Source of the DNA: Bacillus sp. (in: firmicutes)
GTDB lineage: Bacteria > Bacillota > Clostridia > Lachnospirales > Lachnospiraceae
DNA length: 64,000 nucleotides
NCBI GenBank assembly: GCA_023666125.1
Contig: JAMPCN010000005.1
Location: 30-64,029, forward strand
Direction: 5' to 3'
Position 1 is the first letter of the stretch, and every line of letters starts with the position of its first letter. Positions 37,265-48,343 of the stretch are shown in pieces. The position numbers were made by a program, and so were the translations under genes. The notes below the pieces were generated by a model. It had not been told where the DNA came from, did not search any database, and saw nothing but the letters and a program-made list of their open reading frames with translations.

Positions 37265-38635
37265 CTAGTTTTCATCAAACAAATCATCCCGCGTAATATT
37301 ATGCAGCCACTTTCCGCTCCGGTAATGCTTAATGACCCACGGCCATTTTACAAACTCATCCGTGCATAGCAAAAAGTACACCCACATGACCGGCAGTTTT
37401 AACACAAAGGCAGCAAAAAAGCCAAGCGGCACGGCATAGCACCACATATCTATCGAATCGCAGATAAAGCCGAAACGGCTGTCGCCCCCTGCGCGGAAAA
37501 CGCCCGCAATCAAGGTCGTATTTACCGCCGCGCCCATGACATAATAGGTATTAATAAGAAGCATATATTTCAGATAGTGCATCGACTGTTGTGACAACGC
37601 CGCGTATTTTAGCACAAACGGCGTAGCCGCAAGGATAATGAGTCCGCCAATGGCCCCGGTAATAATCGTCAGTTTCATCAGCTTTTTCGCTCCTGTTTTC
37701 GCTTCTTCCAATTTATTCTCACCAATAATATTTCCTAACAGAATACCGCCCGCGCTCGCCATACCGAAACACAAAATGGTACCGAAGTTTCTGACTACGA
37801 CAACGAAAGAATTGGCGGCTACCGCATCCGTTCCCAGATGCCCTATGATAACCGAATACATGGAAAAAGCCACGCTCCAACTGATATCATTGCCAAGCGC
37901 AGGGAGCGAGAGCTTGATAAAATCGGCAAATAACGCCTTGTTACGCACGAACAGATAGCGAAAACGCAACTTGATATCCTTACTTATAAAAGAAACAACA
38001 AAGCATGCCGCCAGTTCAATCAGCCTGGAAAGCGAGGTAGCGATTGCCACGCCCGTTGCCCCTAACTTCGGCGCACCGAACAAACCGAAAATGAAAACGG
38101 CATTCAAAAAGATATTCAAAGAAAAGGCAAGCACATTCATCGCCGTACTGACAACTACCCTGCCGATACTTCTCAGCACCGCCAGATAGACCTCCGTAAT
38201 GCCCCAGCAAAGATAACTGACGCTCATAAAACGCAGATAGGAAGCTCCTATCGTAATCAGCTCCGCATCATTGGTAAAAATGTGCATCATCTGCTCCGGA
38301 ATCAAAACCGCCAGTCCGGCAAAGACCAGAGAAATGATAATGGAAAACCGCAGCGCGATTCCCTCGATGACCTGAATCGCCTGCATATCTCCTTTTCCGT
38401 AATACTGCGCGCACAGTATCGTCGCGCCGGTTCCCAGCCCGTAAAATACCATAAAAAGCACACTGGCATACTGCGCCGCCAGCGATACCGCCGAGATGGA
38501 CGACTGCCCCACGGAATTAAGCATCACAACGTCGGCGGAAGAAACCGCCGCGCTTAAAAGATTCTGCACCACAATGGGCAGCACCAGTTTAAATATCTTA
38601 CTGTAAAAATCATCTTTTTTCATAAAAATCTCCAT
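37265..38635 (-). CDS. MATE efflux transporter
   Basis: ADVVML, AQYYGK, LGATGVAIAT; ~12 TM. Confidence 0.92.
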   Translation of the reverse strand: MEIFMKKDDFYSKIFKLVLPIVVQNLLSAAVSSADVVMLNSVGQSSISAVSLAAQYASVLFMVFYGLGTGATILCAQYYGKGDMQAIQVIEGIALRFSIIISLVFAGLAVLIPEQMMHIFTNDAELITIGASYLRFMSVSYLCWGITEVYLAVLRSIGRVVVSTAMNVLAFSLNIFLNAVFIFGLFGAPKLGATGVAIATSLSRLIELAACFVVSFISKDIKLRFRYLFVRNKALFADFIKLSLPALGNDISWSVAFSMYSVIIGHLGTDAVAANSFVVVVRNFGTILCFGMASAGGILLGNIIGENKLEEAKTGAKKLMKLTIITGAIGGLIILAATPFVLKYAALSQQSMHYLKYMLLINTYYVMGAAVNTTLIAGVFRAGGDSRFGFICDSIDMWCYAVPLGFFAAFVLKLPVMWVYFLLCTDEFVKWPWVIKHYRSGKWLHNITRDDLFDEN

Positions 38636-41448
38636 AAATCCATAAACAGGTTTTCTTCGATACGATTCGCCGGATGGAAAAATTCGGACTCCGCATAACG
38701 GCGGATACTTGCCTTAAGCTGTCTTGCCGCCAAATCTTTCGTCTCTAACTTCTGCATCTCTAAATCTTTTGCCTCTAAATCAAATCCGCAGAATAAAATA
38801 TCCGCGCGTCCCACCTTCGCCTCAAATAACGGGGAGGCGGGCGTATTGTCTACAAAGTTCGGTACGATTTCCACAATCGGCCGAAAGTCTTTTCCAAATG
38901 ACGAGATATCCATGTTAATAGAATTATCCAATAAGTTTTTCCACTGATAATCCGGATATTTTTCTGTCGGAAAATCCATAAAGACCGGATGCGTCTCATC
39001 AATAATAGCGCCGCAAGGTTTCTGCGACGGGAAATGCACCGGCGACCAAAATACCGGAATAAAGCTGCCCGCTATCGGGTTTTTCAGGCAGTCCGCCGTT
39101 ACGATGGCTCTGCCGCCTGTGTGAATGATATTTTGAATATCTTCTGCTCTGCTGACAACAGACAGACTCCCTCTTCCGCTGCTATTGCCGATATCTGCGC
39201 TAACGTTGCCGTTGCCTATGTCTGCCTCAACGCTGTCTCCAACGGCGCATCCGCTCCCGGCGTCTGCATCCCCGCTGTCCGCCCCCGCCGGAAAAACATA
39301 GATATCCCGATGGTTTACATAACTTTCTACGCTAACTTCCACTAATAGTCTTGACGGCTTATGAATACTATGCAGCGGAACGCTTATATTTCTGTCGGCG
39401 GTTTCCGTCTGATAAAAGACTTCCCCGTCAATCAAAATCTCCACCTCAAACACAGGCTTTTCTATCCTGACCCGCCCGTAATCGTACAAGTCAAGTTCCG
39501 CCTCTAATATTTCCGTATTCTGCAAGAGCCGCTTCGACTTCCATAACGGTACAACGTCATTACAAAATTCCCGAAACTGCCCGCTCTCCACAATTCCTTT
39601 GCTGTCAAAAAACGCGTCGAGTATGCCGATAGTCGCCGTACTCTGCCCCGTATAATCGCAGAGGGAAAGCAGTTCAAAGCCGCCGAAATCCTTTGTCCGA
39701 AGCGCCGCCTCAATATCCTCTTTATAGAGTTTTACCGCCAGATTGCCCGACGCCTGTATGTAATCGTGCAGTCTGTGGTAAACGCCTTTTTTCATCATCT
39801 GCTTTTTTACCACATCAAAATTGACGGGCAGCATATTCCCTGTGTATTTTTCTATCACATCGACGTCCGGATAGACACAGTACTGCCCCATTTCAAAGGA
39901 AATCACAGGCACGGGAACATCCCTTACCGCCTCGCTGTAGGTATACGTCGTACCCTGTGCGATAATATCATGGATATCCTGTATCCGCACCTTATGTCCG
40001 CCCGCTTCAAAAGCGCACAGATAGTCCTCACATGGCAAAACGGAATGGTCGAAATTCGTCGTCAGGGTGTAAAGACGACGCGTATCGTAAGCTTTCATCT
40101 GTATGATAATATCCTCTAACAGTTCAAAATCGCCCATATTTTCATTGCCGTTAGAAAACATGATAAAGGATGGATGATTGCCGTATGTTTTGGAAATCGT
40201 CATCGCCTCCTGCGTATAATAGGCGCGGTGCTCGCTATCCTCCCCGACCTCTAACGGGCATACGTCGCGGTTTAACCATAACGGCATCTCAACCGAAAGA
40301 TACAGCCCCAGTTCGTCGGCGGCGCAAAACGCGGCTTCCGGCGGACACCACGCATGAAAGCGCACATGGTTCAAGCCGTAGCTTTTTATCGTCTCAAAAT
40401 TCTTCCGCCATGTGTGAATATCCGTCGGCGGATATCCCGTCAATGGGTATATGGCGCAGTCAATCGTTCCCCGAAGCGATATCGGCTTGTGGTTCAAAAG
40501 AATCTGTTTTCCATGCGTTTCAATAGTGCGCATACCGAAACTGACACTCTTGTCATCTGTTGTATCCCCGCACACATACCTTACATGGAGCGTATACAGA
40601 TTAGGCGTAAATTCATCCCAATATTGTATGCCGCCTTGCCCATCCTCTTCACCTGCTTCTTTCACTTCATGTATGAAGTTTTCATGTATGAAATTTTCAT
40701 ATGTAAAATATTCCACCTGCCTGGAAGTAAAAAGCTTACGCAAAAAATGTTTCTCCGGCAGCCTCTTTCCATCCGGCGTACTCACGGACAGCGTTATTTG
40801 CGCATCCCGCCTCTGCGTCGGCTTATATACGTCGCTCACCGCTACAAGGCGCACGTCTATCCCGTTTTCTTTCGGATATACCTGAATATTTTCCAGACGG
40901 AAAATATCCTCGCACTGTAATTCCATCCTGCCGATAATGCCGTTCCAGTACCCCTGCGTATCGATGCTGTAGCCGCTTGCCATCGTGCCGATATTTAACA
41001 GGTTTCTATTATCGATACGAAGCGTCAGGGTATGCTCTCCCGCCGTCAGCTTATCCGTTACGTCATAGATATGGGGCGCGGAGAGTTCGATAATCTGTCT
41101 GCCCGCTTTTTCCCCGTCAATCCAAAGTTCGGAGGCAATATTGACCCGTTCCAGAAAAAGCCGGATATGTTTTCCCGTAAAATCCTGCGGGATATCCACC
41201 TTACGCTGCAGCCACAACGGCGCAATATATTCAAACCGCTCCCTCGGTGCGCGGACGGCTTCTTTTGTCATCTCATCATAATACTGTTGTTTTTGACCGA
41301 CGCCGTTTTCACACGCCGAACCCGGCAGCATAAAACCGCCTGATGTAAACTCTTTTTTATAATACTGCCCGGCGCATCCGGCGTCGTCGTAGTCGGTCTG
41401 ATAACGCCAGCCGCCGCTGATATCTATTATCTTCATTTTTACAACCAT
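38620..41448 (-). CDS. Glycoside hydrolase family 2
   Basis: WDEFTPNLY, FGMR, GLNHVRFHAW, NHPSFIMFSNGNE, PVISFEMG; start at 41448 or 41436. Confidence 0.88.
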   Translation of the reverse strand: MVVKMKIIDISGGWRYQTDYDDAGCAGQYYKKEFTSGGFMLPGSACENGVGQKQQYYDEMTKEAVRAPRERFEYIAPLWLQRKVDIPQDFTGKHIRLFLERVNIASELWIDGEKAGRQIIELSAPHIYDVTDKLTAGEHTLTLRIDNRNLLNIGTMASGYSIDTQGYWNGIIGRMELQCEDIFRLENIQVYPKENGIDVRLVAVSDVYKPTQRRDAQITLSVSTPDGKRLPEKHFLRKLFTSRQVEYFTYENFIHENFIHEVKEAGEEDGQGGIQYWDEFTPNLYTLHVRYVCGDTTDDKSVSFGMRTIETHGKQILLNHKPISLRGTIDCAIYPLTGYPPTDIHTWRKNFETIKSYGLNHVRFHAWCPPEAAFCAADELGLYLSVEMPLWLNRDVCPLEVGEDSEHRAYYTQEAMTISKTYGNHPSFIMFSNGNENMGDFELLEDIIIQMKAYDTRRLYTLTTNFDHSVLPCEDYLCAFEAGGHKVRIQDIHDIIAQGTTYTYSEAVRDVPVPVISFEMGQYCVYPDVDVIEKYTGNMLPVNFDVVKKQMMKKGVYHRLHDYIQASGNLAVKLYKEDIEAALRTKDFGGFELLSLCDYTGQSTATIGILDAFFDSKGIVESGQFREFCNDVVPLWKSKRLLQNTEILEAELDLYDYGRVRIEKPVFEVEILIDGEVFYQTETADRNISVPLHSIHKPSRLLVEVSVESYVNHRDIYVFPAGADSGDADAGSGCAVGDSVEADIGNGNVSADIGNSSGRGSLSVVSRAEDIQNIIHTGGRAIVTADCLKNPIAGSFIPVFWSPVHFPSQKPCGAIIDETHPVFMDFPTEKYPDYQWKNLLDNSINMDISSFGKDFRPIVEIVPNFVDNTPASPLFEAKVGRADILFCGFDLEAKDLEMQKLETKDLAARQLKASIRRYAESEFFHPANRIEENLFMDLWRFL

Positions 41449-41496
41449 GTTCCTTTCTACTACCATATTTCAGGCAGTTGCGAAACTAAGATTTTA

Positions 41497-41676
41497 ATAA
41501 CGTCCGGTATAAGGTAACATATACAATCCATAAGCGGGTACTATGAGACCGTCGGCGTTTAGACGCTGTCCTTTAGCGTCTTACGCGCCGCTACGGTTGA
41601 ACTGTAGCAAAAGCAGACCCGTGTTGGACTGTATATGTTATCCATACACAGTGTTTTGGAAACTTCACAATCACCA
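41497..41676 (+). repeat. ~180-bp structured repeat, copy 2
   Basis: Inverted homolog of 36841-37024. Confidence 0.85.
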
Positions 41677-41705
41677 GTCTGCAATATTGTCCGGCGTTGC
41701 GAATG

Positions 41706-44700
41706 TCAGCAGACACCATCACGCAAACCGCTTTCTTTCACTATCTCTAACATCCCCATATGGCATTTATCCAGTGCAAGTCCTTTCACGGCATATTCTT
41801 TTGCTTTTTTGCTATCGCCTTTTCCAAGATAACCAAGCGCCGCCATATAATAGCAATGCACTTTATTCTTTTTATTTAAGTCCGCCTCGAAAATCAAAAA
41901 GTCGGGAAGCGATACCGCAAAATAATCTATTTTTATATTATCATTCAGGTGCGCATCCGCATAAGCAATAAAAGCGTCAAAACGTGCATCCGCCTCTTGT
42001 TTTCTGTCAAGTGCGCGTAAGGCAAGCGCCGCATAATACATCATTTCCGGCGGCTGGTCGTTATAATACATGGCGGACGATAAGGCAAACTCTCCTCTTG
42101 CCGCCAGCCTGTATGCGTTTTCCGATTTTTTCTTATCCTCATACAGCGTACCGAGCAGATAGTAAATGTCATTATCCAAATTGCCGACCAGCTTGCCCTC
42201 GCCAAGATTATGCGGATAAGTCAGCGCGCTTTTTAAAAGTGATACCGCCCTTTTTCTGCCGTCTGTTTCAGCCTCCGGCTCTGCTATAGCGGCTTTCGCC
42301 ATATTGATTAAAGCAGTTCGATACTGCGCCGGAATCTTTCCTTCGCCGCCCTCCCACGGGTGGAAATTATGGCGCATGATGCGTTGGTAAGCGTTTTCGT
42401 ATTCGCCGTTTTCGTTAAGGAGCGTTATATATTCCGTATATAAATCGTCGCGCTTTTCTAAAAGCTGCGGATATTTGTTCATATTGTCAAGACGCTCCTG
42501 CAAAGAATAGTTCAAAGTTTTATAAAGCGAATCAAGTTCAAAAAAGACACGCGCGTCATTTTTATCCATGGCAAACGCTTTCTCCATTGCCGCTTTCGCC
42601 CTGTCCGCATCTTTTCTTTTATTATAATAGGCAAGCGAAAGATTTCTGTATACCGTCGCCAGATTGATTTCTTCCGCGCAGCTTTCCCATAGCGCGATGC
42701 TTTCTTCATACCGCCCCTTATCATAAAACAGGCAGCCGAGATAATATGCCGCATAATGCCCGCCGTTTTCTATTGCCTTTTGCAAGACGGCAATATCCTC
42801 TATGCGGTTCGGGAAACAGTAAAGCGGACTGCCGCTTTCGGCTTTCGCCAACTGCGCCGCGTCGCCCGTACACGCGTAACGGTAATAATGCGCCATCGGC
42901 TCGTCGTCATGGGGCGCAAGGAAAAGAATCTCATCCGCTTCACGATAAAGCCCCGCCGCGAAATAGGAAAGCGCAAGCTCCACATAATTATGGTTGTCTC
43001 CCCGCATCAGCGTCCGCAGTTCGTCCAGACCGCTTCCATTTAATTTATATAATTCATAACGCCATCCGTAATCCAGCGCGTCAATTTTCTTTGTCTCCTC
43101 CGCAAATGCCGCCGCTTCTTTATTTCTGCCCATAATACGGAGGAGTGCGGTTTTTAATGTCCGAGCCTTTAAGTTATGTAAACCTCTCGTAAGAGACCTT
43201 TCCACAAAAGCAAGCGCATTTTCATACTCACCTTTTCCCGCCGCGATGCACGCAAGCTGATAAAATGCCTTATCCTGCATACTGCCGTCCCATGCCGCCT
43301 TATAAAACGCGTCGTATGCCTTGTCCGTATCGCCCGCCGCTTTCAGGGCAAGACCGAGATTATAATACGGCTCGCAGTCATACGGATTAGGATTTTTCCA
43401 TGTGGAAGAATTGACCGCCGCCTGAAAATAGGGAATGCTTTCTGCAAAAAGCCCTTTCCCATATAAATACTTTCCGTAGCCGTTATTTAAACGGATGTCC
43501 GACGCATCCCGTTTTAATCCCTCCAAATAATAAGCTTCGGGAGAATAAGTCGCATGGCGATACTGTTCTAAATGCTGCGCCGCCAGAAAAAGTTTTTCAT
43601 TCGTCTCTATCAGTCCGGGTTCCGGTATCGCTTCGGCAGGCGACGGAATCGGTTCGCTTATTTTCACGGACGCGCAGGAAAGAATTTCTTTCCCCTCTTT
43701 TTTGATTGTACAGACGATTGTTTTATCCGCCGCAGTAAAAGGCACGCTTCTTTTCCAGACCTGCGCCGTCTGCAGGCACAGCGTATCCGTATAGATTTCC
43801 TCTCCGTCTGCGGTAAGCGTAATCTCCCCCTCTATGCCTGTCGGCGTATACAGGATAAGCTCAACTTCCGCCGCTTTTACCGCCATATGGACGACAATAT
43901 CCGTAGAAGCGTTGCTGATTTCTCCTGCCGCTTTATAGGGCATAAAATACTGCGTAAATGTTTTTTCCTCATATGGCTTTAAAAACGTAAAGTCAGGCTG
44001 ATTATCGGTAAACATACCCGTCATCAGTTCTATATACGGTCCGTTTTCATCCGTCAGATTCCTGTCCCACGCTCTGCCGAAATCGCCGTTTCCCCATGTC
44101 CACTGTTTTTTGCCCGGTGATACATGATGGTCTGCGATATGTAAAAGCCCCGCTTCCTTACGATAATCATAATTACCGATAAAATCAAAATCGGAATGAT
44201 ACGCCATATAGGAGGTCGGCACGGGGATATTTTTATAGCGCGAAATATCCGTTCCCGGCGCATAGTTGACTTTGTAATATTCTTCGTCCGCAATCGGGAA
44301 TTTGGACACGGCGCGTTTCCCATGGTCCATGACCGCATGGACGTCCGGCGGAAAGATGGACTGCGTATCGTCGTTGACCGCGACGGCAGGATTTGCCCAC
44401 CAAAGGAAAGTCTGTGGCCTGTCCGTCGGATTATACAGCTGCCCCTTAATTTCCAGATATGCCTTGTCGGGATAAATGGTAAAGCCCGCCATTCCTTTTG
44501 TATGGAACATTTTTTCTATCTCGCCGACCCACACCGTAACGGAGCCGTCGCCATTTTCTTCTATGCTGTAATCGACGGCGTCAAACGTGGACGGTCTGTG
44601 GTGCTGCGGCCAGTTAAACTCGATGCCGCCGGATATCCACGGTCCCGCCAGCCCTACAAGCGCGGGTTTTATTACTTCATTATAATAGACAGCGTCATAG

Positions 44701-44966
44701 CCGTTTGTTTTATCATACAGACGTTGGATTTTCCCGCCTATTTCAGGCAGAATCATCACGAGGATATAATCGTTTTCCAGAAAAACGGCGTTATACTCCT
44801 TGTTCTTTTTGACATCCGAAACGCCCTCGCATACCGGATGCGGATACACGCGTCCTGAAGAGCCCTGATAGACCCTCTTTTCCAGAAACATCGGATTTTT
44901 ATCGTAGTCCGAAATTTCATAGGTAGGGATTGTCACTTTTTCCTGTCTTACCATAACTTTTTTCAT
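41706..44966 (-). CDS. DUF5107-type domain + TPR protein
   Basis: RVYQGSSGRVYP, IKPALVGLAGPWISGGIEFNWPQHHRP, many TPR helices, FHPWEGGEG. Confidence 0.85.
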   Translation of the reverse strand: MKKVMVRQEKVTIPTYEISDYDKNPMFLEKRVYQGSSGRVYPHPVCEGVSDVKKNKEYNAVFLENDYILVMILPEIGGKIQRLYDKTNGYDAVYYNEVIKPALVGLAGPWISGGIEFNWPQHHRPSTFDAVDYSIEENGDGSVTVWVGEIEKMFHTKGMAGFTIYPDKAYLEIKGQLYNPTDRPQTFLWWANPAVAVNDDTQSIFPPDVHAVMDHGKRAVSKFPIADEEYYKVNYAPGTDISRYKNIPVPTSYMAYHSDFDFIGNYDYRKEAGLLHIADHHVSPGKKQWTWGNGDFGRAWDRNLTDENGPYIELMTGMFTDNQPDFTFLKPYEEKTFTQYFMPYKAAGEISNASTDIVVHMAVKAAEVELILYTPTGIEGEITLTADGEEIYTDTLCLQTAQVWKRSVPFTAADKTIVCTIKKEGKEILSCASVKISEPIPSPAEAIPEPGLIETNEKLFLAAQHLEQYRHATYSPEAYYLEGLKRDASDIRLNNGYGKYLYGKGLFAESIPYFQAAVNSSTWKNPNPYDCEPYYNLGLALKAAGDTDKAYDAFYKAAWDGSMQDKAFYQLACIAAGKGEYENALAFVERSLTRGLHNLKARTLKTALLRIMGRNKEAAAFAEETKKIDALDYGWRYELYKLNGSGLDELRTLMRGDNHNYVELALSYFAAGLYREADEILFLAPHDDEPMAHYYRYACTGDAAQLAKAESGSPLYCFPNRIEDIAVLQKAIENGGHYAAYYLGCLFYDKGRYEESIALWESCAEEINLATVYRNLSLAYYNKRKDADRAKAAMEKAFAMDKNDARVFFELDSLYKTLNYSLQERLDNMNKYPQLLEKRDDLYTEYITLLNENGEYENAYQRIMRHNFHPWEGGEGKIPAQYRTALINMAKAAIAEPEAETDGRKRAVSLLKSALTYPHNLGEGKLVGNLDNDIYYLLGTLYEDKKKSENAYRLAARGEFALSSAMYYNDQPPEMMYYAALALRALDRKQEADARFDAFIAYADAHLNDNIKIDYFAVSLPDFLIFEADLNKKNKVHCYYMAALGYLGKGDSKKAKEYAVKGLALDKCHMGMLEIVKESGLRDGVC

Positions 44967-45156
44967 ATCCGGTTTCCTCCGCGGGCGGATTTATGATTTA
45001 ATAGTAGTATCCGCTTTTCATTTTTGCCCGTATCTCTACTATGGCACACCTAAAAGCCAACTGCAAGAAAAAATATAATAAAAAGTGAAACCAGTTAAGG
45101 ATTATTTCATAATTTCCGCTCTATGATAAAGTCACAACAACGAAAGGGGCAGGAAA

Positions 45157-47505
45157 ATGTATTTACGGATTTTAAAAAAAGATTTAAAGCGCAAAAAGAC
45201 GATGAACGCCATCATGCTGATTTTTATTATTTTGGCGGCTATGTTTATCGCAAGCAGCGCCAACAATTTGATTACGGTCACAACTGCGCTGGATAACTAT
45301 TTCGCTATGGCGGACGTTCCCGATTACTGGTTCATGACGCCGTATGCGGAGGAACGCGGACGCTTTATGGAGTTTGCCACAGAGAATAACTATCGGATAA
45401 AAACGGCGGAGTTTATCCGGATTGACCCGCCCTGCGCCACAATAGACGGGGAAGCGTTCAATTACAGCAACTCCATCTTTTTATCGACTGCCGCCAGTGC
45501 AAAAGTTTTCGATGAATACGGGCAGGAAATTACCCATGTAAACGACGGGGAAATTTATATCAACAGCGATATTTTTACTTCCACGGGGAACAATTTTTAC
45601 AACGGCTGTAAAATTAAAATCGATACCGGATATGTGCAGAAAGAATTTACTTTAAAAGGTTATGACAAGGACGCCCTTTTTGGCTCGAGTGTAATTGACC
45701 TGACGCGCTTTCTTATCAGTGAAAACGATTACCTTTTATTTGATACGCCGGATAAAACCGCCTTTTTCTCCCTTATGGCATATACGGAAGATGAAAATTT
45801 TATGGACAAATTCAATAACTTAGATTTAAAAACTTCGACGAATATTAATCGTTCGGGCGTCAAAATGATGTATGTTATGGATACGCTGATTGCCGCAGTC
45901 GTCCTTGTCGTAAGCATCTGCCTGATTTTGATTTCCATGGTGATTCTGCGCTTTACCATCAATTTCACGATGAATGAGGAATTTCGGGAAATAGGCGTTA
46001 TGAAAGCCATCGGCATTGCCAACGGCAAAATACGCGCCCTCTATCTCATTAAATATCTGGCAATTTCCATCATTGGCGCATCCGTTGGTCTTACGTTCAG
46101 CTTTCCGTTCGGACGCCTTTTGCTGGAAAGCGTGTCAAGAAATATTATTATTACAGGCGGAAATAACTTTTACTATAATATTATCTTCGCTATCGTAGCG
46201 GCAGGTATTGTTGTTCTGTTCGCCTATCTCTGCACCGGTAAAGTCAAAAAATTCTCCCCGATTGACGCTATCAAAAACGGAGAAACAGGCGAGCGGTATA
46301 CGAAAAAGAGTTTCATCCGTTTAAGCGGCTCTTTCTTTCCGCCCGTGCCTTTTATGGCGCTGAACGATATTTTAAGCGGCGTCAAAAAATACCTTTCAAT
46401 GATTTTGATTTTTACACTGGGGCTGTTGCTTATTATTATCCCTGTCAACACGATAAACACGCTGCAATCCGACTCTTTAATCAGCTTATTTAATATGGCG
46501 GACTGCGACCTTTTCATTACGCAGGAACTTTTGTTTTCTTCTAACGGACACAACAAAGAAATGGCAGAGGAAAAACTAAGTGAAGTGCGCCAAATACTGT
46601 ATGACAATCATATCGAAGCGGATGTTTTTCAGGAAATTATGTTCCGCTTCACAACTTCCCATAATGGCAAAAAATGCTCTTCCGTTGCTTTTCAGGGCAT
46701 CGGCGGCGTTATGACAACGCAGTATTCCTATCTGGAGGGTACGCCTCCGCAACATTCCGGCGAGATTGCCCTCAGCCATATTGTCGCGGATAACATTAAG
46801 GCGAATATCGGCGATACGGTCGAAGTCAATATAGGCGACGAATCAAGGAGTTATATCGTGACCGCCATCTATCAGTCAATGAATAACCTTGGCGAAGGCA
46901 TACGCTTCTATCAGGGGGAAGAACTGAATTACGATTTTGCCGCCGGAAGCTTTGGCGTCCAGATTTTATATCATGACAGTCCTGATAAGGAAACAAAGGC
47001 GGCGCGCAAAGAACTGTTACAAAAAGCGTATCCCGATAACAACGTCCATACGCCGGGCGAATATGTCAGTTATATGACCGGAGACATCGCGGGTCAGCTT
47101 GAGGACGTCAAAACCCTGATTCTTGCTATCGTTATCTGTATCAATGTTTTAGTGGCGTTATTGATGGTAAAAAGTTTTATTACCAAAGAAAAAGGGGAAA
47201 TCGCCATACTAAAGGCTGTCGGCTTTCAAAATACTTCGCTTATCGCATGGCAGTCCATGCGTATCGGCATTGTGCTTTTGATTGCCATTCTGATTAACAC
47301 GGCAGTCTCGGCGCCGCTTTCCAAGCTGATAATTGAGCCGATTTTTAAGATGATAGGAGCCTACAGCATCACCTTTGACATTATCCCCTTAGAGGTCTAT
47401 GTCATCTATCCGCTTGCCGTCCTTATGGCAACCGTGCTGGCGGCAGTTATCGGGGCGTTGCAGCTTAGAAAGATTTCTGCGGCGGAGACGGGGAATATAG
47501 AGTAA
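45157..47505 (+). CDS. ABC transporter permease (FtsX-like, two repeats)
   Basis: EFREIGVMKAIG and EKGEIAILKAVG motifs. Confidence 0.9.
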   Translation: MYLRILKKDLKRKKTMNAIMLIFIILAAMFIASSANNLITVTTALDNYFAMADVPDYWFMTPYAEERGRFMEFATENNYRIKTAEFIRIDPPCATIDGEAFNYSNSIFLSTAASAKVFDEYGQEITHVNDGEIYINSDIFTSTGNNFYNGCKIKIDTGYVQKEFTLKGYDKDALFGSSVIDLTRFLISENDYLLFDTPDKTAFFSLMAYTEDENFMDKFNNLDLKTSTNINRSGVKMMYVMDTLIAAVVLVVSICLILISMVILRFTINFTMNEEFREIGVMKAIGIANGKIRALYLIKYLAISIIGASVGLTFSFPFGRLLLESVSRNIIITGGNNFYYNIIFAIVAAGIVVLFAYLCTGKVKKFSPIDAIKNGETGERYTKKSFIRLSGSFFPPVPFMALNDILSGVKKYLSMILIFTLGLLLIIIPVNTINTLQSDSLISLFNMADCDLFITQELLFSSNGHNKEMAEEKLSEVRQILYDNHIEADVFQEIMFRFTTSHNGKKCSSVAFQGIGGVMTTQYSYLEGTPPQHSGEIALSHIVADNIKANIGDTVEVNIGDESRSYIVTAIYQSMNNLGEGIRFYQGEELNYDFAAGSFGVQILYHDSPDKETKAARKELLQKAYPDNNVHTPGEYVSYMTGDIAGQLEDVKTLILAIVICINVLVALLMVKSFITKEKGEIAILKAVGFQNTSLIAWQSMRIGIVLLIAILINTAVSAPLSKLIIEPIFKMIGAYSITFDIIPLEVYVIYPLAVLMATVLAAVIGALQLRKISAAETGNIE

Positions 47506-47562
47506 ATCTGTCAAGCCACGAAAACAGCTAAAATGAATAAAAAGAAGAAAGGAAAATATATC

Positions 47563-48330
47563 ATGGAACATATTTTAGAAGTAAAAAATCTTTGCAAAAC
47601 ATACATTACAAACAAACGGCAGAATAATGTCTTGAAAAACGTCAGTTTTACAATTTCCGAGGGGGAGATGGTTGCGGTGATGGGTCCGTCCGGTTCGGGA
47701 AAATCCACGCTTTTATATGCGGTTTCCGGCATGGACGGCATTACTGCGGGAGAAGTGGATTTTGACGGCAGAAATATCGCGCAGTTAAACCAAAAAGAAC
47801 TTGCCGCCCTCAGGCTGGATGAGATGGGTTTTATTTTCCAGCAGATGTATATGTTAAAAAATTTAACGATACTGGACAATATCATCCTGCCCGCCTGTCA
47901 GTCGAAAAAGATTGCTGAAAGCCGCCGCGACACGGTGAAGCGGGGAGAAAATTTAATGCGTAAACTGGGCATCATCGAGATTGCGGACAATGACATCAAC
48001 GAAGTTTCCGGCGGGCAGCTGCAAAGAGCCTGCATCTGCAGAAGCATGATGAACAAGCCGAAAATGATTTTTGCAGACGAACCCACGGGCGCGTTAAACC
48101 GCACTTCTTCCGAAGAAGTGATGGAAGAACTGACTAAAATAAACGGCGAGGGAACAACGGTTATGCTCGTCACGCATGATGTGAAAGTCGCGGCAAAATG
48201 CACAAGAATATTATATATTGTTGACGGGAACATAAAAGGGGAGCATCATTTAGATAAGTACATTTCCCCTTCCACGCTGCGGGAGCGGGAACGCGCCTTA
48301 AACAACTGGCTGATGGAACTGGGCTGGTAA
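47563..48330 (+). CDS. ABC transporter ATP-binding protein (LolD/MacB-like)
   Basis: GPSGSGKS, VSGGQLQR, FADEPTG, VTHD. Confidence 0.95.
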   Translation: MEHILEVKNLCKTYITNKRQNNVLKNVSFTISEGEMVAVMGPSGSGKSTLLYAVSGMDGITAGEVDFDGRNIAQLNQKELAALRLDEMGFIFQQMYMLKNLTILDNIILPACQSKKIAESRRDTVKRGENLMRKLGIIEIADNDINEVSGGQLQRACICRSMMNKPKMIFADEPTGALNRTSSEEVMEELTKINGEGTTVMLVTHDVKVAAKCTRILYIVDGNIKGEHHLDKYISPSTLRERERALNNWLMELGW

Positions 48331-48343
48331 GAAAGGATTCTTT

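Noticed and set aside
38730-40710. Short in-frame duplications in the GH2 gene (ENFIH x2, ADIGN x2, KDL/KLE)
   Set aside because: Small loop expansions that keep the frame; no evidence of a switch or system
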